Assembly (NCBI GenBank): GCA_964247055.1
Contig: OZ176054.1
Span: forward strand, 1,550,001-1,614,000
DNA from: Paragordius varius
Taxonomy: Eukaryota; Animalia; Nematomorpha
Direction: 5' to 3'
Length of the DNA: 64,000 nucleotides
Positions 1 to 10,951 of the stretch are shown here, in pieces. The notes beneath the pieces are model-generated. The model was not told where the DNA came from. It saw only the letters and a program-made list of their open reading frames with translations, and did no database searches. Position numbers and translations under genes: made by a program. Numbering within the stretch: the stretch's first letter is position 1; each line of letters opens with the position of its first letter.

Positions 1-1060
1 AATATCTACAACAATCTAAATTGGTAAAAGGATATTTAATTTTATACATTTACGCTATTATGCCAACGCATATTGCTCAATCATTCTTATTGTAAAAATG
101 CACAATTTTATACCTTATATCATTGAAATAAAATATTACATATCTCTGAATTTTTAATTTCAATCATTAATTATACTTTATATTTACTTTTAAAAGTAGA
201 AGTCCCAAATTATAGGTATTATCTAAAATATATAAATTTTAATTTTATCATAATATTTTTTCCAAATATAATCACGCAACGATGTATATTAGTGCTTTTT
301 TTAGAACATAAGTGAAACGCTTCTTCCTTTAACACTTCGATTCAAAATGAGGTATCAAAATACCCCAGACTAAATTTAAATTAAAAATTTTAAAAAAATA
401 CTGAAGGAAACGGTCCCAATTTAAATTTATGCTTCTATCCTGATAAATATTATATAAATATGCCAAAATATCTTGATAAAATTTTGTAAAAAAAAGTTCC
501 ATCTCAAACTACTTCGACGCCTTAAAATTTTCTTGCAAAAAATCGTTTTCATTTAATTTTAAGGGTAAAACTAAAGCTAATTTTTTATATAAATTACATC
601 TAACATTGATAGAAATAGATAAAGCGGTTTATTTTGTATTATTTTTTAATTTTAAAATTTAACATGTCACGTTGACGAAATTTTTACCTTTCGGTTTTAG
701 CTCAAAATAATTTATATCAAGTATTTTTGAATATTTTTTAGATATTTCGGTTTATTAATGTTATATAAGTGCAAAATTTTGCCATGGTTTCGATTCCTTC
801 CACACTTTTTAAAGTATTTGATTTTAAACAGGCCTGGGGTATCCAACTACCCCAATTTGAATCGAAGGACTAATAGTGTGGTGTATCCAAGTGTGTTAAA
901 TACGGTTTTTTTAAAAAAAACATGTGCATCAAATATTTGAATTATGAATTTGTTTAGCCAATGATAAGTCAAAGTTATCGGAATATTAAAGTTTAAATCA
1001 AATTATATACATATCCCCCCATACATGTTTTTTTTATTAAAAAACAAGTGTTCTAAAAAA
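1..1060 (+). repeat. Diverged direct copy of the MYG1 3' flank (16726-about 17240), interrupted by a MITE at 333-895
   Basis: 1-330 aligns by eye with 16726-17060 (aatatctacaacaatctaa vs aacatctacaacaatctaa, through gtgaaacgcttcttc), and 898-1060 aligns with 17061-17240. Confidence 0.85.
333..895. mobile_element. piggyBac-like MITE with TTAA target duplication
   Basis: TTAA at 329-332 and 896-899; termini CACTTCGAT and ATCCAAGTGTG; absent from the paralogous site near 17065. Confidence 0.75.
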
Positions 1061-1655
1061 TTCTGTTAAAGGTATTATTACCATTTATTCTATACATTTT
1101 AGAGTGTTTTCTATTTTGTTTCTGTTATGGGATGTTATAAAAAACAATCCCTTTCGTTATGTTTAGTATATCATTGCTTGACATTTCTTGAAGCTTTCAA
1201 ACGTATATCATTTAAAATGACTAATCGCTTTTTATCAAAGTATATCATTATATTTTAAACAAAATAAATGGTTTATTTATAGAGAGTTCTAACCTCCAAA
1301 AATTATATATATATATATACTTCCCTATATACTTAAAATAAGCAACAATATTAATAGTTGCAGGGTTTTGATTAGGATACCGCTTTACAAAGTAATTGGG
1401 TGGTTTTTTTTGCTTTAAGGTAAAAAAATGTCAATGACTTATTAATTACATATTAATTAATCGGAGTTCGCGAAGGTTTATCGACACTGTATATTTAATG
1501 ATGCAGAATATTTCTCTTTCAGAATTTTTATTCCCCCATCCTCAAATTTTTGTTATATATAATTTTTTTACCGAAATTCAGATCCGAGACATACATACAA
1601 AAAATGCGCAAAATTACGCCTATAATTTTATTAATTATATTATTTTTCGTTTTAA

Positions 1656-2009
1656 CACTTGGATACAACACATTCATTTCAGTCCTTGATTTGAATTGGG
1701 GTAGTTGGATACCCCAAATTTACTTTATAAGTTATGGAAGGAAATGAAGATATGTCAAAATTTTGCACTTATATAGCATTAATAAATCGAAATATATAAA
1801 AAAATTGATTCATACTTTATATTACTTATTTTAATATAATACAAAATAAACCATTTTTTCTATATTACGCAAATTTTGTAAAAATTTGTTATATAATTTT
1901 TATTAGGATAAAAGCATATAAATTGGGACTATTTACTTCAGTAGTTTTTTGAAAATATAAATATAAATTTAGTCTGGGGTATTTAGATATCCCAATTTAA
2001 ATCTTAGTG
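1656..2009. mobile_element. Second copy of the TTAA MITE family, opposite orientation
   Basis: TTAA at 1652-55 and 2010-13; shares the ggggtagttggatacccc and ggggtatt..gat..cccaattt blocks with 333-895. Confidence 0.75.
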
Positions 2010-2169
2010 TTAAAATATAACTTGTTCTGAATCAAATATTCTTATTTTAATAAAGATGCGTATATAATTTTTAGTTTTTGGTTTCATCGTTATTTAATTT
2101 TTATCATATATTTTACTGATTTATTATTATTTTTTCACTGTATTTTGAATGTTTTTTCATTTTTTATGG

Positions 2170-4400
2170 GCTTTGTTTCTGTGACCGTCAGGCCTGACCT
2201 GGCCATTCGGTGCGTGGAGGTAGGGACTAATAGGGGTAAAGAATGTTGTAGAGTGTATTTTGCTAGTATAAATGTGGGTTCGTTAAGAAGGAAGCTATAC
2301 AAATTAGTTGAATCTGTGAGGGTAAAATGGTAAAATATTTGTGCAAGGAGACTGGATACCGTGAAAACGGCACTAAGACGTTAGAGGATAATTATAAATT
2401 GTTTTTTTTCAGGTTCTAAATATGGTTGCAGTGGCTATAATAGTGCCAAATTTGAAAATTTAATAAAGTTAAACCACTGCTGACAATAGAATTATAAGTA
2501 TTGAGGGTTTTAACCATCTTTAGCCTTTATCCCCAGATAGGAGATGAATTTTATGATTTGATGAACGGAGAAATGGCTCTATTGCCGAAAAACAGAAAAA
2601 TCATATTTTGTGGTCATTTCAATCGGCATGTGGGAGAAAAGAGAAGAGGGTTTAAGCCTTGGCTTGGCGAAAAAGGCTACGGGGTTAAATGAAAAAGGGG
2701 CTAGTTTATTAAGATTCGCTCAATCTTAAATCTTTGCTATAACAAATACCTTTTTTAGTAAAAGGGATAGCCATTTAATTACCTACGAAAGTGGAAATAA
2801 GAAGTCACAAATCGATTTTATCCTTTTACCGCGAGGGTCTTTTATGAAGAACTGCAAAGTTATCCCTAACCTCCAGATTAGAACACAAGATAATTAAATT
2901 TTTGTATAATTATATGACAGAAATACCAATAGCGGGAGAGGAGTGTAAAATGAAAGCTGGTAGAAATCAGGTGTATGGAGATGCATGACTGAAAGAAGAA
3001 AAAATAATTTTGAAATAGAAAGAAAAGTAAAGCTTATCAAATGTGGAAGTTGACCCACCAAAAAGACAAGGAACGATATAATAGGATTAATACGAAACTT
3101 GTAAGGCTTGTTACAATGGTAAAAAAGTGAATTAAAAGTTAAATAATAAGCAAGGTCCAGAAACACAGTCCAGAAAAAGCTGGAGTTGCCCTCTAATGCG
3201 ACCGCTATTAAACACAAAAACGCAAATTGATATTAATAAGAAATCGGGGTTGTTTGAGAATAGGTATCTATAAATAAAGCTGCAGGTCCAGACGATATTA
3301 ACATAAACTGTAAGAAAATATTGTCAGAAAAAGGTAATGAAGTTGTTACAGGTATGATACCATCCGAATTCTCATTTTTAAGGGTAAAGGAGGTATGAAT
3401 AATAGTAACAATTAGAGTGATTATCTTATACAATGAAATTGTTTGAGAAAGTACTAGAATAACGAATAAGAAAAAAGGTTATGATGGTATTCAATTCGGT
3501 TTCAATCCGATTAACGAAATAAGAGGGTTAATTGAAAAGCACATAGAAATGAAAAAGGGGTTGCACGGTAATCGATATTGAAAATGCGTTTGACTGGATA
3601 CGTACAATATGGTGGAGAAAACGAAAAAACGTTTCTGAATGTTATATAAAATTCTAAAAGCGTGTACGGCTCTCACCATACCAAAGTTAGAACACACCAG
3701 GGAGTGTCAGATCCTGTTAAAAATTAATAGTTTATCAGGGGGCAGCAATCAGTCCGTTGATATTTATATACATGGACGAACTTCCAAAAGAAGTGGATAT
3801 GGTAGCCGGTATTGCTCTATGTAGATGACATAATAGTGTTGTCAGGCGAGTTGCATGAGTTGAGAGAAATAGTTAAAAGGATTGATGTGTTACAAAAATG
3901 CGGATTAACGGTAAAAAGAAAAAGGAACATAAAAATTTTGGTGAAGAAAAACGAGAAATGGAATTAGAAGAAAGTTGGGTTTCAAAGGTTAGGAGTAATG
4001 CAAATATTTAAGAGCTTTAGCAGCAGATGGTTCCTTTTTATTAAAAATAGTTGGGGAAATTATAAATTTTAAATGGCATGCACGATAAAAATAATGATTT
4101 AAAGTCAAGGGTGAGATTTACAAGGCAGTTACAGGGTAAAGAGATGTAGAACTCACAGACTTGGGTATTAAAGAAAGAAGAGAGGTACTTTAAAGTTACT
4201 GAAGGGAAATGATTAGTGCGCTGTAACGGGCAAATGCATGGTTAGGAATTCATACATAGAACGAAGTAGAAATTAAACCGATAACACAGAAAGATGATGT
4301 TGAATCGGTTTGGATGGCTTGCGTAGAAAAAAGAGACGGTAATTACATTAGTGAAAAGATTGCTGATTGTATTTTGCAAGGTAAGAGGGGAAGGTGTCCA
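2170..4400 (+). mobile_element. Decayed RTE-type non-LTR retrotransposon (endonuclease + RT)
   Basis: Fragmented frames: IIFCGHFNRHVG, LAITNTFF, HLITYESGNKKSQIDFIL (APE endonuclease), KAAGPDDI and QFGF (RT); many stops and frameshifts. Confidence 0.8.
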
Positions 4401-5119
4401 AAACCTGATAAATAAATACGGTTAAGAGGATAGTAAAACTGAACCTAAAACACAACGCCAGAGACAGGGTTCTATGGTGGAATAGTTTACGGCTTGATTC
4501 GAAAGAGTGATATATAATGTAATTATTATTATTATTACTACACTAAACAACAAATTTTTCTCTCTGGAGTTTTTTTGATTTTTATCATCATTTAACATTA
4601 AATCTGAATTAAAAATTATGCTACCTAACAATTTTTAATTTGATTCTAAAAAATGTTTTCTATGAACATTATCAACAAATGTTTATTTAAAATCATTCAT
4701 TCGAAAGAGCAAAAACTCTATTAAATGCATACTAATATGTTTTGCATCGATAGTTATTATCGGAGATTAAACGCGACAAACCCGCGAACCGAGAGCGTTT
4801 TTGTCAATAAATATATTTTTAACCAATGGATGAAAATAATTAAAACTTTGTATAGATAGCATTGAATGTCTAAAAAATATAACACATAAATATATTTTTG
4901 ATAAAACCACTTATTTAATGCTGTTATGTCATTCAAAACAGTCATTTTTTGTTTTTTAAAAATTACCATCTCATCAATATTAATTATTTTCTTTTAGAAG
5001 GCTTACAATTTTAAAATTCAAAATAAAAATAAAGTTTAAGGTATTTTTGAACTTTTATATCCATTATGTATTAAGTTTACAGTTCTAAATGTGCATTATA
5101 GTATTTATTAGGTTAAATA

Positions 5120-5513
5120 TACCATTTACAGTTCAAATTCACCCTAAAACAATTCAAATTCACCTTTGATCAATTCAAATTCACCTTCGAACAATTCAAA
5201 TTCACCCTTGAACAATTCAAATTCACCCTAAAAATAAATTATGTGTTTTCGAACTAATATAACTCATTATTAATAAAAAATATATCTTTATGGCATAGTT
5301 TATTATTTTTTCAGTATTATTTTAATTTTAAACAAATTTTTTTATTTTTTAAAAATATATTAAAATATGGTAATTTTTAATCTAAAAACATATATTTTAT
5401 TTGAGGGTGAATTTGAATTGTTTAAGGGTGAATTTGAATTGTTCAAGGGTGAATTTGAATTGTTGAAGGGTGAATTTGAATTGTTTAAGGGTGAATTTGA
5501 ATTGTAAATGGTA
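5120..5513. mobile_element. Palindromic MITE with internal 21-bp tandem arrays
   Basis: TIR TACCATTTACA/TGTAAATGGTA flanked by TA; about 5 units of aacaattcaaattcaccctt(g) on the left and about 5 inverted units on the right, around an AT-rich spacer. Confidence 0.85.
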
Positions 5514-7241
5514 TAATTTTGATAATAATAATTTTTATTTAAAAGCCAAACTAAAAGCTTTTTTGAAAGATTTTATAATTTACTTATGTCACCCTAATAG
5601 TAAAATATAATTTATATGATTTTTAATTTAGTCTGTGAAAATTTATGATTAATAAAGAGGTTAAATTTTTGACCATATATAGCCAAATAACTTTTACATC
5701 AGATTAATTTAATTTAATAATTACCTTCGAAAGATTCAGTCGTTTGAGCTCTTTTGAATGATATAAAATACATGGCTATATATCTATATCGAGTTTAATG
5801 TTTAATCAAAGCCAAAAATTTGATAAACTCCAATTAAATATTGTTATTTTTTTCATGTAATTAATTTACTAATAAAATATATAAATTTTCAAAAATGGCA
5901 TTGAAAAAGGGTCAAAATTTGTTGTCTAGTGTTTTTATAATAAAATTGTTATCAATTGTCTATAGAAAAAGTGTTTTATAATATCTTAAAGCGTTATTAC
6001 ACCGTTTTTTCAGGGCTTAACATCATAAAAATAGGCTTCAATAAAATCTTGTTAAAAATGATTGTTGTAAAAATTATACACTTTTAAAAATATGTTTTTT
6101 GCCATATTGTTAAAAAATTAACGCGAAATCTCGACATTTTTGCGTTGACTTTCGGATCCCAAATTATTAATTTTATAAAAAATATCATTTTGCATAACAC
6201 TTCATTATATTTCTAGCTTTGATACAAACAAAATTATGGGGTGGTTTTTTCCCAATTTAATGTATCAACAAACAAATATTTTGTAAATTGTTTTTTTGGC
6301 TTATATTAAATATAACTTTAATTTTTGAGTTTATTCTTTGGTCCCTTATTCAAATACAAATTAAACAATATAAAATCTAATCAACTTGCTGATAAAATAT
6401 TATTTTAAAGCCTAGGTTTTTATTTACACTTTTAACAATATACATTTATCTGCCTGTCATATTAGGGAAGTTAAAAAGTCGAACAAAATACGGTGAAAAA
6501 TTGTGAGATTATATTTTTACCATTTGCATTTTAAAAACTTGTTTATATGCCTAAATGACTAAAAAAGGATAAATTTGTCCCAACTAAAAATATTTTAAAG
6601 TATTTTTATTTATAATGGCTCTGGGCATTGAAATTACCCGAAATAGTAATGAGAGTTAAATATAGGGAGTGAGGTAAAAAAGTCACACTTGAGTCACTAG
6701 GAATAAGTTGAGCTTTACTTAAGCCAGCAAGCCTATAATTGAAGATCGGTGATAAAAAACACTTAAGTCAAGACTTTTGCTCACGTATGTAACATTTTTT
6801 GCCACCCAATTCGAATTTTACGGAAATCATTTTAATCATGTTTGGAAAAAAAGTTCCTTATAAAACTATTTGGTTGCCATTTTATTTTAAAATATTTTTG
6901 CAAAATTCGCATTTATTCTGAGCCCAAAATTAAGTTTAGTTTTTTATAAAATCACATTTAACATTTGATGTAAACAGAAAAAGTGGTATATTTTGCATTT
7001 TTTGCTTTTGGTTATGCACACATATCATGTGGGCTAATTTTTCACTGTCTATTGCCTCTGAAAAATATTTATCAAATATTTTTATTTATTTATTATATTT
7101 CGGTTTAGCATTGTTATATAAGTGCAAACTTTTGCAATAGTTTCAATTTTTTCCATATTTTTAAAATATTAAATTTTAAACAAACCTAGGGTATCCAACT
7201 ACCCCATTTGAATCGAAGGACTGAAATAAATGCGTTGTATC

Positions 7242-7912
7242 TAGGGTTGTGCATTTGACTGCTTATTCAAAAAAGTCTGGTCAGACCAGTCAGACCATGG
7301 TCATGACCACTTTTTACTTAAGTAAATATCATGCCATATTGGAGATGAAAATAAAGCTCGAACGACACTTGCGTTTTTCACTAATAATGTCAAGTTTTCT
7401 TAAAAGTTTGTGTTATATTTTTTTTATTATTTATAAATATATTCAATCAAATTTAATCAAGAATTTTTTTCAAATAAATTTTGCCATATGTTTGTGGCCT
7501 TCTGAATCTTCAAATAAGCTTTTAATATTGGATATTTCAAATAAAATTTTACCTAATTTGTTTTACACTTTTTTTCATCATTGAAGTATCCAATTTAAAG
7601 ATGTCTTTTCATTTTATTGGTTCAAATGTATTAAATAATTGCATATTTGCACAGTGTTGGATTGTTTTGTTTTTCGAAATAACTGGCTTCTAATGTTATA
7701 AGGATGCATGTTTAACAGATTATATATTTTTAAATAGGCATATAGATTTTATATATTTAATTTAATTTATATTTTTGAAAATATATAAAAAAATAAAATC
7801 TTACTATCTCTCTTTCAAAAAAAACACAGGCAATTTTTCAAAAACAGCTGATTTTTAAATGACCATGGTCAAAAAATAAATTGTCACTGACCAAGTCATG
7901 ACCCGGTCAATT
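7242..7912. mobile_element. Non-autonomous hAT element (TAGGGTTGTG family), right end lost
   Basis: Starts TAGGGTTGTGCATTTGACTGC; internally colinear with 21419-22065; sits between TTAA-MITE fragments. Confidence 0.75.
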
Positions 7913-7916
7913 GTTT

Positions 7917-8380
7917 TAACTCTTAGATACAACACATTCATTCCAGTCTTTGAATTCAAATTCGACTAGTTAGATCCAGGCTTGTTTAAATTAAATATTT
8001 CAAAAAATAAGGAATAAAATTATATAACATTAACCGAAATTAAAAAAAAAATATTTAAAATACTGGGTATTGCTTATCAGAGTAAAACCCAAAGAGTTAA
8101 ATGTGTTTTTAAAAAAATTAAATATAATTTTAGGCTTAGAATTAAATAAACACGATATTTTGCAAAAATGTTGTAAAAAATGGCGTCCAAAATGTTCGAT
8201 GTGGAACATTTTTTTCTAAACATTTTTTTCTAAAAATTTTTTTAGATATTTGTGGCTTATATATATAATTATTAGGATAGAACCATAAATTTAAATTGGA
8301 ACCGTAACTTCAGTAGTTTTTATGAGCTAAATGTTGTCTGGTCTGAGTTATTTAGATACCTGAATTTGATCGAAGTGCTA
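7917..8380. mobile_element. Diverged third copy of the TTAA MITE family
   Basis: taactcttagatacaacacattcattccagtc ... gatacctgaatttgatcgaagtgctaa resembles 1656-2009. Confidence 0.6.
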
Positions 8381-10410
8381 ATGGTATGTAGAGTAGCCTT
8401 TAGCATTTATTAATTTATAAAACAAAGATTTTTTTTAACAATATTGATATTATATTAGATAGAATTATACCTTCATTAATTTTATTATATTCTCTTAATC
8501 AAATTTTAAAACGATAATAATGTTTGTCAAGTTAGGAAATTATTATAATTACATATACCTTTTTAGAATATTTAGCCTATCACGATCAGTTAATCGATTC
8601 TTCAAAGATTAAGGAATTATTTTAAATAAAATTTGAAAAATATTTTTTGATAATGAAATTTAATTACATATTTTATTATGTGTTGTTGCATATAAAATAA
8701 ATTATTTTTGAACGAATTAGCGAATCAAATCTGAACGGTGTGTATGTGCTAAAGATATTAATAAATCATGTTTATTGTGATAAAAATTTTGTGGATTTTT
8801 AAAAATGATTCAAAATATGTCTCTGATTTTAGCAAATCTATTTTCGGGTTGACGTGAATTAGGATACTTTATATGCACTACATAATTAAATATAGGAGAG
8901 TTTTCTAATTTTATCATCATTTGTATCCACCCAATTCTTAATTTGTCTAAATCACTTTATTTATAACTTTAACAAAACAATGTTAATAGCGAAGAAGTTA
9001 ACTCCATATTTTGTTGAATTATAAATAATATATTCAAAATATATCTGTAATGCTATAGAGTTTAAGAAATTTGATGAACTGCGTATACTTTCAGATGCAT
9101 CCTATATTGAGGAGTTTTTCATGTTTCATCTCATTTTGTATCCAACCAATTTGATTAGATTCATTAGCCTAAATTTTCAAATTAAAATTATATAATCTTA
9201 GCAAAGGATATAATCCAAAACTTTGATAGATTTCAAAATAATTTTATACATGTTATTTGTCATGTGCGCCCACCATTTTTGCACTTTAAGATTTACTTGA
9301 TCATTGATTTTTAATTAACTCAAATCAGGTTCCATTGCTTTATCCGAACTTTATTTCATATATAAAAGTGACATGATTTGAAAAACTTGTAAAAGTCAAA
9401 AAAAAATTCACCCCAATCTTTGATTTTAATGTCAGATGTTTGATATAATTTTGTTTTGGAGATGTCTCAATTCTAAACATTAAAAGTCACAAATACATAA
9501 GAACAATTTGATTTAACTCTAACCTAAATAACTTTCAAAATAGTACTTGATATACAAAATTGATCTCTGGGATATAAAACTACGCTGATATTTTTTAATA
9601 CAAAAAAAGTGAAAAGGAAATGAAATTTTTTTAACTTCATTGATTTTTACGTAGTTTTATATCTCAGAGTGATTCGAAATTTATATATCTTTAAAAGAAT
9701 TTAAGCTATTAAGCCCAATTTATAATTGCATTTAGGCGCATTATACATATTTTATATAAAAAAATGTAAAATTGTGAAAAAATCCTCATCTTAAACTTTT
9801 TTTGCCGCCATTTTTTTCAAAATTTTTTTAATTCACTATATAATATATGATTAGAAAATATGAATAATTAGCTTTTGTAAGCTTTCGATTGAATTTTATA
9901 AATATTTAATTTTTTTTTCTTAAAATCACCTATATCCAATGTTTTGGAGCTAACCCAATTTCGGGCTCTGTCATTACTGTACAAAATAACATAAAAACAA
10001 TGTTAATTAAATTTTAACTAAAAAACTTTCCGAACTGTAGGCTATTTACAAAATTGAGCTCTGAGACATAAAACCCCAAAAGGTAATCAATGACAAAAAA
10101 GTGAAAGGTAATGAAGTGTTAAAATGTGTCCAAAATATCCAGTTTTCTCATGTGAGCAGCCATAAAAGTATAACTTTTTTCATACTCGTAATAATACCAA
10201 AACCAATAGAACCATACTCCAAGCTAATCATTGTACAGATAACTCTGAGATTATATATTCGGATTTGTTTTTTAGGGGGGAGGCGGACACTGTGTTCATA
10301 GAATATATTGTGTTTTATTAATATCTTATCCTCTATTAATTAAAAAGTATATTTTAAAATAATTATCGTTGAGATTATGTCACATTGAAGCGTGACAGGG
10401 CTATCTAATG

Positions 10411-10452
<42 letters not shown>

Positions 10453-10951
10453 GAAGCTGTTAATCCGATTAATAGGTTTAGCTAGTAATCATAAATAACA
10501 TAAAAATAAAAAATACCTCTCTTTATCATCACATATCCTATATCTTAAAGGGCTTTCTTGAATTTATGCAAATGTTTGTGTTTGTTAAATCAGATTAAAC
10601 GTTTGTTTTTTCTCCCACCCTATAAAAAACAGCTCATCTTCTTCTCGGATATACAAATTGGGTATAAACCTTATGAAACTTACAAAGTTGATCAATATCA
10701 GCTATTTAATAGTTATCCTAATGTTAGACTCAAAAAGTTTCAAAAATTGTAAAAAATATTAACATTTTTATCTATAAATATTTTACACGACAAAAATGTT
10801 TGATAATTAAATATTATTAAAATAACTATATATTTTACACTCTTATAGAAACTAGCCCAATGTCTCATGGCCTAAAAAAAGTTATATAAAGTATTAAAAA
10901 AATTATATTATTGAACATGCATATGCGTTTTTTTTCTTTGTTAGCCGAGGC

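Noticed and set aside
5130-5500. Regularly spaced 21-bp repeats resembling a CRISPR array
   Set aside because: Units are head-to-tail without unique spacers, occur as two inverted arrays inside TIRs, and the context is eukaryotic with no cas genes.
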